In this document: positions 37,787 to 52,205 of the stretch, one piece after another
Layout of the letters: the number at the start of each line of letters is the position of its first letter
Position numbering within the stretch: the first letter of the stretch is position 1
From: the human T2T-CHM13v2.0 reference genome, Homo sapiens
DNA length: 64,000 nt
Assembly (NCBI RefSeq): GCF_009914755.1
Contig: NC_060926.1
Reading direction: 5' to 3' (one strand)
The notes under the pieces: model-generated
Seen by the model: the letters and a program-made list of their open reading frames with translations, nothing else
The model's database searches: none
What the model was told of the DNA's origin: nothing
Made by a program: the position numbers and the translations under genes

Positions 37787-40700
37787 AGCTGAAAATTCCA
37801 AAAACCAGAATGCCCCTTCTCCTCCAAAGGATCACAACTCCTGGCCAGCAAGGGAACAAAACTGGATGGAGAATGAGTTTGACGAATTCACAGAAGTAAG
37901 CTTCAGAAGGTGGGTAATAACAAACTCCTTCAAGCTAAAGGAGCATGTTCTAACCCAATGGAAGGAAGCTAGGAACCTTGAAAAAAGGTTAGAGGGATTG
38001 CTAACTAGAATAACCAGTTTAGAGAAGAACATAAATGAACTGATGGAGCTGAAAAAGACAGCACGAGAACTTCGTGAAACATACAAAAGTATCACTAGCC
38101 GAATCGATCAAGCAGAAGAAAGGATATCAGAGATTGCAGATCGACTTAACTAAATAAAGTGTGAAGACAAAATTAGAGAAAAAAGAATGAAAAGGAATGA
38201 ACAAAGCCTCCAAGAAATATGGGACTATGTGAAAAGGCCAAACCTATATTTGATTGGTGTACCTGAAAGAGATGGGGAGGATGGAACCAAGTTGGAAAAC
38301 ACTTTTCAGGATATTATCCAGGAGAACTTCCCCAACCTAGCAAGACAGGCCAACATTCAAATTCATGAAATACAGAGAATACCACAAAGATACACCTCGA
38401 GAAGAGCAACCCCAAGACACATAATCATCAGATTCACCAAGGTTGAAATGAAGGAAAAAATGTTAAGGGCAGATAGAGAGAAAGATCGGGTTACCCACAA
38501 AGGGAAGCCCATCAGACTAACAGAGGATCTCTCTGCAGAAACCATGCAAGCCAGAAGAGAGTGAGGGCTGATATTCAACATTCTTAAAGAATTTTCAACC
38601 CAGAATTTCATATCCAGCCAAACTAAGCTTCATAAATGAAGGAGAAATAAAATCCTTTACAGACAAGCAAATGCTGAGAGACTTTGTCACCACCAGGCCT
38701 GCCTTACTAGAGCTCCTGAAGGAAGCAGTAAATACGGAAAGGAAAAACCAGTACCAGCCACTGCAAAAACATGCCAAGTTGTAAAGACCATTGACACTAT
38801 AAGGAAACTGCATCAACTAATGGGCAAAATAACCAGCTAGCATCATAATGACAGGATCAATTTCACACAAAACAATATTAACTTTAAATTTAAATGGCCT
38901 AAATACCCCAATTAAAAGACACAGATTGGCAAATTGGACCCATCAGTCAAGACCCATCAGTGTGCTGTATTCAGGAGACCCATCTCACATGCAAAGACGC
39001 ACATAAGCTCAAAATAAAGAGATGGAGGAATATTTACCAACCAAATGGAAAGGAAAAAAAAAGCAGGGGTGGCAATCCTAGTCTCTGATAAAACAGACTT
39101 TAAACCAACAAGGATCAAAAAAGACAAAGAAGGGCATTATATAATGGTAAAGGGATCAATGCAACAAGAAGAGCTAACTATCCTAAATATATATGCACCC
39201 AATACAGGAGCACCCAGATTCATAAAGCAGGTTCTTAGAGACCTACACAGAGACTTAGACTCCCACACAATAATAGTAGGAGACTTTAACACCCCACTGT
39301 CCATATTCAACAGATCAACGAGACAGAAAATTAACAAATATATTCAGGACTTGAACTCAGCTCTGGACCAAGCAGCCCTAATAGACATCTACAGAACTCT
39401 CCACCCCAAATCAACAGAATATACATTCTTCTCAGCACCACATAGCACTTATTCTAAATTTGCCCACATAATTGGAAATAAAACTCCTGAGAAAATGCTA
39501 AAGAACGGAAATAATAAGAAACAGTCACGCAGACCACAGTGCAATCAAATTAGAACTCATGATTAAGAAACTCAGAACCGCACTACATGGAAACTGAACA
39601 ACCTGAATGACTACTGGGTAAATAACAAAATTAAGGCAGAAATAAATAAGTTCTTTGAAACCAATGAGAACAAAGACACAATGTACCAGAATCGCTGGGA
39701 CACAGCTAAAGCAGTGTTTAGAGGGAAACTTATAGCACTAAATGCTCACAGGAGAAAGTGGGGAAGATCTAAAATCGACACCCCAGCATCACGATTAAAA
39801 GAACTAGAGAAGCAAGATCAAACAAATTTGAAAACTAGCAGAAGACAAGAAAAACTAAGATCAGAGCAGAACTGAAGGAGATAGAGCCACAAAAAACCCT
39901 TCAAAAAATCAGTGAATCCAAGAACTGTTTTTTTGAAAAGATTAACAAAATAGATAGATGGCTAGCCAGACTAATAAAGAAGAAAAGAGAGAAGAATCAA
40001 ATAGACACAATAAAAAATGGTAAAGGGGAGATCACCACCGATCCCACAGAAATACGAACTACCATAAGAGAATACTATAAACACCTCTACGCAAATAAAC
40101 TAGAAATTCTAGAAGAAATACGTAAATTCCTGAACACATACACCCTTCCAAGACTAAACCAGGAAGAAGTCAAATTCCTGAATAGACCAATAAGTTCTGA
40201 AATTGAGGCAGTAATTAATAACCTACCAACCAAAAAAAGCCTAGCACCAGACAGATTCACAGCCAAATTCTACCAGAGATACAAAGAGGAGTTGGTACCA
40301 TTCCTTCTGAAACTATTCCAAACAATAGAAAAAGAGGGACTCCTCCCTAACTCATTTTATGAGGCCAGCAACATCCTGATACCAAAACCTGGCAGAGACA
40401 AAACAATAAAAGAAAATTTCAGGCCAGTATACCTGATGAACATCAATGCGAAAATCCTCAATAAAATACTGGCAAACCAAATCCAGCAGCACATCAAAAA
40501 GCTTATCCACCACAATCAAGTCAGCTTCATCCTTGGGATGCAAGGCTGGTTCAACATACACAAATCAATAAATGTAATCCATCACATAAACAGAATCAAT
40601 GACAAAAAACACATGATTATCTCAATAGATGCAGAAAAGGCCTTCGATAAAATTTGGCCAGGTGCGGTGGCTCACGCCTGTGATCCCAGCACTTTGGGAG

Positions 40701-43009
40701 GCCAAGGCCGGCAGATCATGAGGTCAGGAGTGAAACCTTGTCCTTAATAAGGATACAAAAATTAGCTAGGCATGGTGACATGTGCCTGGAATCCCAGCTA
40801 CTCAGGAGGCTGAGGCAGAGAATCACTTGAGCCCGGGAGGCAGCTTCAGGCTAAAAACTCTCAATAAGGTAGGTATTGATGGAACATATCTCAAAATAGT
40901 ACGAGCTATTTATGACAAACCCATAGCCAATATCATACTGAATGGGTAAAAGCTGTAAGCATTCCATCTGAAAATCGGCACAAGACAAGGATGCCCTCTC
41001 TCACCACTCCTATTCAACATAGGAAGTTCTGGCCAGGGCAATCAGGCAAGAGAAATAAATAAAGATATTCAAATAGAAAGACAGGACATCAAGTTGTCTC
41101 TGTTTGCAGATGGCATGATTGTATATTTAGAAAACCCCATCTTCTCTGCCCAGGATCTCCTTAACCTGCTAAGCAACCTCAGCAGTCTACGGATACAAAA
41201 TCAATGTGCAAAAAATCACAAGCATTCCCATACACCAATAATAGACAAACAGAGAGCCAAATCATGAGTGAACTCCCATTCACAACTGCTACAAAAAGAA
41301 TAAAATACACAGGAATACAACTTACAAGGGATGTGAAGGACCTCTTCAAGGAGGACTACAAGGAAATAAGAGAGGACACAAACAAGTGGAAAAACATTCC
41401 ATGCTCATGGATAGGAAGAATCAATATAGTGAAAATGGCCATACTGCCCAAAGTAATTTATAGATTCAGTGCTATTCCTATCAAGTTACCATTGACTTTC
41501 TTCACAGAATTAGAAAAAACTGGTTCAAATTTCATATGGAACCAAAAAAGAGCTGGTATAGCCAAGACAATCCCCAGCAAAAAGAACAAAGCTGGAGGCA
41601 TCATGCTACCTGACTTCAAACTGTACTACAAGGCCACAGTAACCAAAACAGCATGGTACTGGTACCAAAACAGATATATAGATCAGTGGAACAGAACAGA
41701 GGCCTCAGAAATAATGCCACACATCTACAGCCATCTGATCTTTGACAAACCTGACAAAAACAAGCAGTGGGGTAAGATTCCCTATTTAATAAATGGTGTT
41801 GGGAAAACTGGCTCGCCATATGCAGAAAACTGAAACTGGACCCCTTCCTTAAACCTTATGCAAAATTTAACTCAGGATGGATTAAAGAGTTAAACATAAT
41901 ACCTAAAACCATAAAAAACCTAGGCAATACCATTTAGGACATGGGCATGGGCACAGACTTCATGACTAAAACACCAAAACAATGGCAACAAAAGCCAAAA
42001 TTGACAAATGGGATCTAATTAAACTAAAGAGCTTCTGCACATCAAAAGAAACTGTCATCAGAGTGAACAGGCAACCTACAGAATGGGAGAAAATTTTTGC
42101 CATGTAGCCATCTGACAAAGGGCTAATATCCAGAATCTACAAAGAGCTTAAACAAATTTACAAGAAAAAAACAACCCCATCAAAAAGTGGGTGACAGATA
42201 TGAACAGACACTTCTCAAAAGAAGACATTTATGTGGCCAACAAACATACGAATAAAAGCCTGTCATCACTGGTCATTAAAGAATTGCAAATCAAAACCAC
42301 AATGAGATACCATCTCACGCCAGTTAGAATGGCGATCATTAAAAAGTCAGGAAACAACACATGCTGCAGAGGATATGGAGAAATAGGAACGCTTGTACAC
42401 TGTTGGTGGGAGTGTAAATTAGTTCAACCATTGTGGAAGACAGTGTGGCAATTCCTCAAGGATCTAGAGCCAGAAATACCATTTGACCCAGCAATCCCAT
42501 TACTGGGTATATACCCAAAGGATTGTAAATCATTCTACTGTAAAGACACATGCACACGTATGTTTATTGCAGCACTATTCACAATAGCAAAGACGTGGAA
42601 CTAACCCAAATGTCCATCAATGATAGACTGGATCAAGAAAATGTGGCACATGTATACCATGGAATACTATGTAGCCATAAAAAAGGATGAGTTCATGTCC
42701 TTTGTAGAGACATGGATGAAGCTGGAAACCATCATTCTCAGCAAAGTAATGCAGGAACAGAAAACCAAACACCACATGGTCTCACTCATAAGTGTGAGTT
42801 GAACAATGAGAACACATGGACACAGGGAGGGGAACATCACACAATGGTATGTCAGGGGTGGGAGCCTAGGAGAGGGATAGCATTAGGAGAAATACCTAAT
42901 GTAGATGACGGGTTGATGGGTGCTGCAAACCACCATGGCATGTGTGTAACTATGTAACAAACTGCACATTCTGCTCATGTATCCTAGAACATAAAGTATA
43001 ATAAAAAAA
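37787..43009 (+). mobile_element. L1PA (approximately PA7/PA8 age) LINE, 5.2 kb, lacking the 5' UTR; ORF1 and ORF2 disrupted
   Basis: ORF1 pieces 37866-38153 and 38187-38564, endonuclease piece 39045-39566, RT piece from 40292, C-terminal pieces 41204-41833 and 42191-42604, then 3' UTR and A tail. The RT motif FADD reads FADG (41103-41114). Confidence 0.95.
40656..40843 (+). mobile_element. Partial Alu (AluS-like) nested in L1 ORF2, without 3' end or poly(A)
   Basis: ggccaggtgcggtggctcacgcctgt...cccgggaggcag, after which L1 resumes at cttcaggctaaaaactctc. Confidence 0.9.
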
Positions 43010-43014
43010 CCATA

Positions 43015-43225
43015 GTGTTAAAATGTGCATAACAGAAATTTTTACCATTTTAACCATTTTTAAGTAGATAGTTTTGTGACATTTAGTATATTCACATTGT
43101 TATATTCCCAGTATACAGGTCCATAACATTTTCGTCATCCCAAACTGACCCTGCCAATTACTCCTCATATTCCACCCCTCCCCATTCCTGGCAACCATCA
43201 TTATACTTTCTGTCTCTATGAGTTT
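43015..43225 (-). mobile_element. L1MB-like 3' end fragment
   Basis: aaatttttaccattttaaccatttttaag...tattcacattgtt...cctggcaaccatc...tactttctgtctctatgagtttg. Confidence 0.7.
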
Positions 43226-43279
43226 GCAAAGGCCATGTTTAATAGTGCCAAAACTTGATATCCACTATTAATAGGAGCA

Positions 43280-43490
43280 GCATGATATGGTAGGAAAAAT
43301 TTTGGACTGGAGCCAAACGCTTTCTGTCATATTTAGTTTGTAATCTGGGCCAAACTGTTTGATTTCTCTGAGACTCTGTTTCTTCGCCTCTAAAATGGGA
43401 GTAGCAATTTACTGTGATGTTGTGAGAATTACATGAGACAACGTATGTAAATCATCAGGCTCATAATAGGCATTTAATAAATGATATTAG
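43280..43490 (+). mobile_element. MIR SINE
   Basis: gcagcatgatatggtagg...ctctgagactctgtttcttc...taaaatggga...gttgtgagaattacatgaga. Confidence 0.7.
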
Positions 43491-43906
43491 AAATATAGAA
43501 TGTTCTCAAAGTATTCTTATTTTATTTTATTTTTGTTCTTAAAATATTAACTCATTTTTTTCAGTCGGACAATTTTTTAATGACTTCTGCAGGAGCCGGT
43601 GAGACTACTACAGTGTAATGATAGTATGTCATTGTGAATTCAAATCTACCTATTTCCCAGGTTGGTCCATGGTATGTTACAAATGAATTTTTTTTCCTTG
43701 GAGAGTAGAAATCACAAGTCGTTGCATTTTATAAACTGAAGTTTTAAACAATGTTTTGCTATATCTATAGAAATAAATTTTTTTGGCTGTTGCCAGTAGA
43801 AAGCAAAGTAATGATTTAACTCATGAATTTTATTTTTGGCCAGTTTTTAAATCATCCTCTAATTTTCCTATTAAAATTATTTTGTTTGTAAAAAATCCTT
43901 ACCTTT

Positions 43907-44205
<299 letters not shown>

Positions 44206-44442
44206 TCACTGTCTGTCACTTCCGTCTTAGAATATATAGAATAAATAAAAGGAGATTTAACTTAAGCTTGCTAAATTTTTGTTAGCTCTGTTAAAACAGG
44301 TCTTCTGTATTCCAGGAGTCAAAGAGTATTTAAACTACCCAAATAATCAAGTTATGCAAATTAATGAAATTCCTATATTGTTAAGTTACATATTTTACTA
44401 TTTCCAATGTATTGATTGAAAAATATTTACTGGGCAATTTCT

Positions 44443-44712
<270 letters not shown>

Positions 44713-47005
44713 TGAGCAGATTCTGTCAAGTATTAAGTATCAGTTTTTGTGAGAGATTAAAAAAAATCTAAATCATGATTTCTTCCCTGAAAGAATTTAG
44801 AGTCTCCTTGGAAAGGGAGGCCACTTGTGCATTAAAGTTTAAGGTTGCGGTTCAGAAGGTCAGAGTCATGGGGTTTGTGAGACTAATGACGAGTTAGGCT
44901 TTGAGGTGAAGATGGGATATCCTAATTTAAATGAGACTCTGGATCTCAGGACAAAAGACTGGCATGCTATCCAACATAAAGGGTTTTATATGCATTAATG
45001 ATAAAAGCAGATGTTGGTACAATTTGTAAACTTTGCTCCCTAAATAGTAAGTATATTTTAAATATTCTACAAAATAATCAAGTTTGACAATAGTTTTCAG
45101 TTGCTACCTCTTTCTGTGGTCTCTGTCTGCTTAGCCGTTTTCTTGAAATCAGTGGCTTCTTAAAGGAAGAAGGACATCAGGAGTATGTTAGAATTGCGCC
45201 TCAAGATCAGCTGACTTCAGGTCATATATCTTCACCACTTTCTCCAGAGAAGATAGATATCAAAAATCCAACTTGGCTAAGCTAAGGATGGGAACTGAAG
45301 GATGAAGGATGGAGAGCCGGGATTGGGCCAGGCCTGTAGAAAGGCATCTAGTTATGACTGGCGGGTGACCCACTGAATCAACTAAGTGAGTGGATTGGTT
45401 TCAGTGCACAAAGTTAGTGTGTAAAATTGTTAACTAAAATTAGGTTTCTGGAAAAATTTTGGGATTTTATTACAAAAGCTATGTTAATCCTTAATTATCA
45501 TAGGAATCATTTGGTGCATATTGAAAGTAGAAGAAGATATGCATCCAGTTAGAATATTATGCAATTTAGCATCACCAGGGAAGCGAAACAGCAGCATTTG
45601 TTTGAAATTGGGGGCTCCTTTTTTCCAATTACATTTTTCAAAGATTGCTATAAACTGTGATTTTTTTTTCAAAGAACAAATAGTCATTCCTATATTGAAT
45701 TCAGCTGTGTGTTTAATAATTTTTACATTCTAAAATTTGTATGTGGTGTATAAAGTTTCTTTCCTCAGCAGCTGAAATTGATAGGTTAAGCTAAAGATGA
45801 AAATATCTAGCATTTGCTCTCGGCTTGAAGGGAGCGGCATGTTTCTCAGGAAGCTCTCGCCTGGGAGCTCAGTTTGTTTGAGTTCTGTTATTTCTAGTGA
45901 TGCTAGCTAATCATCTTTTAGAGTTTCAGTTTCCCTTTGGCTATGTCAAGAGGTCGAGTGTTATAAACTGCCTTATGCTTTCCTCACTTAGATGGGAGGG
46001 CCCATGTAATTCTGCTTTCGAAGAGCATTTAGCTTCTCCAAAGAAAAACACTTAACCAACTAATGAATCATAAGAGTTCTAAATGCTTTTCTTAGTAATA
46101 TCTCAGTTTTACTCTGTAGTGGCAGAAAAATTTAGACAGCTATGATTTCCTCAGTTTTAGTGTTGGAGAAGACTAAGGCTGGGATTTTTCAGGAAATGAA
46201 TGATGTTTTAACTTGAAAAGTACTGGATCACAAAGAACATAACATGCGGTATGCTTTCAGTTTCTTTTAGAAAAAAAATCATGAATTGAAAAAGTTTTAA
46301 TAGCTTTCCATGTATGCTAGGTATTTCTATACCATTCTGGAGACACTAATCAAAGGAAATATAAACACATATATCACAAAGGATTGAAATTTGACTTTAA
46401 GAGGGTGAGTGGCAATGGAGCTCCTCGATACACTTCCCGTTTCACAGGGGAAGAGATGGGAATTTGCAGAAAAACTGACTTAGTTCTGCCTGGATGTGTC
46501 AAGCCCATGAGCCAGAGCTGGTCACCATCCTGACCCACAGTAGAATCAGTGGTTCAGTTGTAATTTTCTCTCTGATTTATCTAAAGAGATCACTGTTAAG
46601 AATTCTGTTAGGAACCTGCTTTATCTTAGAAATATGACAATGAGTAAAATTGTGAAATTTTTACACTGTTTTGGTGCATATGCATTTATGTTGAATACTA
46701 TTCAATGGAAAAGTATTGCCTTATATATCTGCTCTGTTCAGTTTTTGAATCTTTCATGCCGTTGTCAACTTTTACAAAAGAAGAATTTAATACCACATTA
46801 TTTCTTCTTACATCTATTTTTGAAAAGCAGTTATTCTCAACACTACCCTAAATATTTAAAAAGAAAAACATTTCACTAACACAAGATTTTGCTATTTGAT
46901 ATCTCCCTGTCAAATCTGAACAGGGTACCTTTACAAAAATCTTTGAAAACAACCTTTAGAAATAGTCTGGAATCAGTTTATGTCAAACAAATGTATGCTC
47001 TAAAT

Positions 47006-47343
47006 CAGCAGTCCCCAACCTTTTCAGCATCAGGGACTGGTTGCATGGAAGACTATTTTTCCAAGGGAAGGGGGGATTGTTTCAGGATGAAATTTCCACT
47101 TCAGATCATCAGGCGTTAGTTATTTTCTCATAAGGGGCATGCAACCTAGGTCCCTCACATGTGCAGTTCACAATAAGATTCGAGCTCCTGTGAGAATCTA
47201 ATGCTGCCACTGGTCTGACAGGAGGTGGAGCTCAGTTGTTAATGCTCAGTTGCTCACCTGCAGCTCACCTTCTGCTGTGCCGTGCAGTTTCTGATGGGCC
47301 ACAGACTGACACCGGTCCGTAGCCATGGGATTGGGGACCCCTC
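47006..47343 (-). mobile_element. MER1B (hAT-Charlie MITE)
   Basis: TIRs cagcagtccccaacc / ggattggggacccctc. The 8-bp TSD is ctctaaat / ttctaaat. Confidence 0.9.
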
Positions 47344-48721
47344 TTCTAAATAATAATTCTAACAAGCCACCTTAATATTCAATTCAAGAATGCAGTCCAT
47401 GATCAAGTAAAATGTTGTTAGAAGAAACAGGTTTCATATTTCATATCTCCAGAGAGTCTTTAAGACCATTAGACTATTCAGCAAAATTATCCATATATGA
47501 TTTTTATTTTTTGCTTCCCATTAGCCAAACCCACATATATTATTATTACTTTTTTAAAAACTGCATTAGTATGTTCTAAAGCTTCCTTTTCATTTCTTTT
47601 GTGGTTTTAATCTTTGGAGAGTGAGCTAGAAATACCCATTAGAGATGAATTCTAGGAAAATAAATGTAAGCAGTAACTCTGGCTCAATTTATTTTTCTTC
47701 TCTACAAGAACTGTTTAAAACCTGGCAGTGGAAGACTATTCTCTTGTCTACCAAGTATTATAGTAGGAAGTGCAAGGTCATCTCTAAATATAAAAGATTC
47801 TAGGTTTCTAAGGAAAGAGTGTATCTTAAGAAGGGTAAATGAAATAGTTGGCTAGAGGGAAAGGGAAATTTCCTTATTTCACCCTGAAACTTGGCAGCAT
47901 TTCTGAAACAGAGCTTGAAGCTTTGAGATGAATTAAAAAGAGTTTGTTTCACCTTCTATGGAAGCTCTTTTGCACCCAATTTACTTTTCCCCTGTCTGGT
48001 CAGGAAGGCACTTCATCATTAGAGATTTTGTAAAACTTCATCGGTTGATTAAAATGCAGATAGCATGCCTCTCGGTGAGAAAATAATTTTAATATTGTCA
48101 GTTTTAGAAATCTGCCTACATAAAACATACGTGAGAAAAAATGTGTTTTCAAACCTGAATTTTTATGTAGGCTTGTTCACTAACTTCTCCATTTCATCAT
48201 CAGAAGCTCACCCTTTCAAGCTACTTCGCTTTGTGTGTTGTGGGGAGACTGAGGGTGGGTAAGGCATTTTGGCACGACTCAAACTGGTCCATTTTATTTC
48301 AAATAAGTCCTGATGAAAGGGCAAATCCTACTCTCAGCATAATCTTCTTTAGAAATAGGAGGAATAAATGCTCCTAAAATGAATGCATAGTAAGGAAGGG
48401 CAGGGCAGATGCCATGATCTGGGTGCAACTCTTAAGCTGATGTGTGGCCCAATGATCCTCATACGTGGAAGCCGAATGGACCATAGCACCCTAGCTTCCT
48501 TTATAGTCCCCTTTGTTTGGTTTTATCAGTTGAGGGAGATGGCCTACTTCTTTGCCATGTGAGTAAACAACAGAATGCAACTAATCTTCTAGTGGAAGAT
48601 CATGGAAAAAGCTGCTACCTATGACTATAGAAGTACATTTCAAAATTTGGTGTAAGTCAGAAATAAAGTCCTGGAAAGTAGTTAAATTTCTTCAACACTT
48701 CAGGGCTAACTTTTTTTTAAG

Positions 48722-49495
48722 TTCATAAACTTTACTTTTTAGAGAAGTTTTAGATTTACAGAAAATTTGAGCAGAAAGTACAGAGAATTCCCATATACTC
48801 CTCACATCCAACCCACCGCAGTTTCCCCTATAATTAATGTCTTGCATTAGTGTGATACATTTGTTACTTTGATAAGCCAATATCAATATATTGAGACCCA
48901 TAGTTATTTTTTATTTTTTTTCTTCATGAACCCATAGGTAGAGATTCATAGTTTAAATCAGGGTTCACCCTTTGTGTTGTCCATTCTGTGGGTTTTGACA
49001 AGTGTATAATAATATGTATCTATCATTATAGCACCATACAGAGTAGTGGCACCGTCCTGAAAATCTCCTGTGCTTTGCCTGTCACCCTCTTCCAAACCCC
49101 TGACAACCACTAGTCTTTTCACTGTTTCCATAGTTTTGCCTTTTTCAGAATGTCATATAGTTGGACTCAACTATGTATAGTGTTTTCATACTGGCTTCTT
49201 TCACTTAGCAATGTGCATTTAAAGTTCCTCCATGTCTTTTTGTGGCTTGATAGCTCATTTCTTTTTGACACTGAATAATATTCCATTGTATGGATGTACC
49301 ACAGTTTGTTTGTTTATTCACTTATTGAAGGACATCTTGGTTACTTCTGAGTTTTGGCAATTATGCATGAAACTGCTATAAACATTTGTGTGTAGGCTTC
49401 TGTGTGAATGTAGTTTTTAACTCATTTGGGTAAATATCAAGAAGTATAATTGCTGAATCAAATGGTAAGGACATGTTTAGTTTTGTAAGAAATGT
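48722..49495 (-). mobile_element. L1MC/L1MB-like 3' end
   Basis: ttttagagaagttttagatttacagaaaa...gtacagagaattcccatatac...tattccattgtatggatgtaccacagtttg. Confidence 0.82.
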
Positions 49496-51824
49496 CAAGG
49501 TAACTTCTGATGTTCTGTAAATACTTGCGGATTTGAAGAAAGAAAAATGAAGCAGAAATGATGTGATGCCTTTAAGAACTGAGACCCTTGCAATTGATTG
49601 GAAATTAAGTGGTCTATTGCTATATGTATTAGCTTAGTTTTATTGAAGACATGTAGGGAAGATCTTCCCTTCTCTATTCTTGTTCTAGGTAAAAACTGCT
49701 CAGAAGGTTTTAGCCTATGTTTTAAAAAATAGCTGGGGGAAAAAATGAAGCCTTCAGTAAGTCCAGATTTGTTTGGCCTCATAGGATCTAAGATTGCCCA
49801 TTAGGAATGCCTGTTAAATTTTGTGTCAAAACTCCCCTACATTCTTGCCTTTTTCTTTATCATTCCTCCTATCTTTCCCTATAACCATAGCCTACCTGCC
49901 CCTTACATGATCTTTCAATAGTGTTGTTTATTCTCCTACCCCTCATTCCAGTTTTGAGGAGAAAGGTTGAGCACACTTCTCCTTGATGCCTCCTTCTAAA
50001 GCTTTAAACTCTTGTTCCAGTGCCATCTCTGGGAACCCTACTCTTCTCTGGAGGCTGGTGGACAGCTGACATTCTGACTTTTCTCATCCACATTAATGTT
50101 TTCCACTGACCTCCAGGACTCTCTCACACTCTTTAGTTTTATTATTCTTATTCACGATCTTATTCCTCAAAATTGCCATCCCCCATCAGCACCTCTAAAC
50201 ACTGTCTCTCAAAGGGTCATATAATCTCTGGGAACTAATGTTCCAGCTTCAAAATTGAGAACTTTGAATCTCTCTTATCTCATTTGTCTGTTCATCATAA
50301 TTCTGTTTTCTCTTCACTCACTCTTACTGAACCTGTACTTAACCTTTTTTGTGGTTTCTGATTTCTCAACACCCATATTCTAACCCATTAGCTCCCTTGA
50401 TTCCTTTCTCAGATCCACAATCAACTCTATCAACAAGGCTATTACCAGCACCTAAAATTGTTCTTATCTCTTGTCCTTATGCCACATCTGCCTTGTCAAC
50501 CTCTGTCGTATACTGTCTCAACTGTATTTCTCTCCCTTGATGGAGAAAGTTATAAGGTAGAACCTTTTCATTTCACATACATGCACAGAGTGATATTTAA
50601 CACTGAGCCTCATTTGCTAGGCTGTAAGGAATAGGAAAGAATCCAAATTTGTTAATGCATTCAGGTCACTCTAGCACTCCATGACCTGGCTTTAATGTAA
50701 ATTTTCATATTTGTATTCTGTTACTCCTTTATAGCCTCTCCTGCCAAACTGTACTGTTTACTTTTCTCATATTTCTTTATTCATCTGTGTGTTTTATCTT
50801 ACACCAGGGATGGCAAATAGATTTCATCTTATATGACTGTTCTGCTCATTGTGGCAATGAGTAGGTCTATGTTGAGAAGGATTCTGATGCTCAAAACCAG
50901 GTCAGCAAGAGATTGCAATGATCGACTAGTAATGTCCATCATGGGTATGGAAGATGGAAGGACCATGCATTAGTGGGGCATTGCCCAGCGTTTGCCACAT
51001 ATTTTCCCCTCCTGCTTTACATTCTTCATGTGTGATTCTATACATCCCTCAAGGTTCAGATTAATCACTAATTAAAAGAAAACTTATATTTTTATTCCAC
51101 ATATCTTCTCTTTATAGATTACCATATCACTTTAGATATTCCCTGTGTGAGGACAGGTATTATTGGGTATGAGTACATGTGTTCTTCTTCCTTCTATATT
51201 GTTAGCTCTTCCAAGGTAGAAATAATTCTTAATTATCCAATTTTGTTGATCACAATGGAAGCATGATGAGAATCCACAAGGAAAATCTCAAACAGTTGGC
51301 ATGAACACAAATGGAGTATCCTGAACTCACTTTTGACTTAAAGGTCAAGATGGATAATGGAGGAAGTATCCATCCCAGGCTCTGCTACTACTCTGCTTCC
51401 ATTTGGTTGTCCTTCCCAAAACTTTACATACTTCCAAATTGAAAGATTCCCTAGATCTGAAAGGGGAAGGAACAATTTTAGTAGGTCTGGTGAAGAATAT
51501 AGAAACTTACTCTTATTGCAAATAGTTGAAACAGAACCAAGGAACATTTTTGACTTGTCTAGTTTCACAGATAATGCTAACATTAATCATGGATTTCTGA
51601 ATCAGGTTTTTCATCTTTTTACCAGGCAGTGCGGCACCATATTTAATAATTATTTTACTCATTTTGAGGGAACATGTATGGGTTGTGCTATTATTTTGTC
51701 ACATATCAAGTTTTATGCAATTAGAAATTAACCCATGGGTTTTGTTGAAGAAGTACACATTTTCTGTAAAGTAACTTTTCATTAGGAAGAAGCTTATGGA
51801 CATTACTATTTTTTATTTTTGGCA

Positions 51825-52205
51825 AGTAAACTTTTATTTGAAATATATATACAGAAAAGTGGTACAAACCTCAAATAGATAATTTGATGGATTTTCAAAA
51901 CAGTGAACCCATCTGTGTAACCAGCACCTAGATCAAGAAATAAAATGGTGTCAGCACCCCAGAAGGAGCACACCTTCTCCCAGTTGCTGCCTCATCCTAA
52001 AGGTGACCACTCTCCTAATTTCTGACCCCGTAGGTTAGTTTGACCCATTTTTGAGCTTTGTATAAATGAGTCATATAATATGCATCTTCGTGTTTGGCCT
52101 CTTTCCCTCCACATAATATTTGTGAGATTTACCTGTATTTTTGTGTGAAGCAATAGTTTATTTTTATGGGTGTTCAGTATTCCATTGAGTACATATACCA
52201 TATTC
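51825..52205 (-). mobile_element. L1ME-like 3' end
   Basis: tacagaaaagt...gtgtaaccagcacctagatcaagaaata...gcaccccagaag...aatgagtcatata. Confidence 0.72.

Noticed and set aside
37787-43009. Possible active L1
   Set aside because: No 5' UTR promoter, many stops and frameshifts, an Alu in the RT region and a FADD>FADG catalytic change.
51357-51731. 124-aa ATG ORF in intron 1
   Set aside because: No recognisable homology or convincing splice sites; a length like this is plausible by chance in 64 kb.
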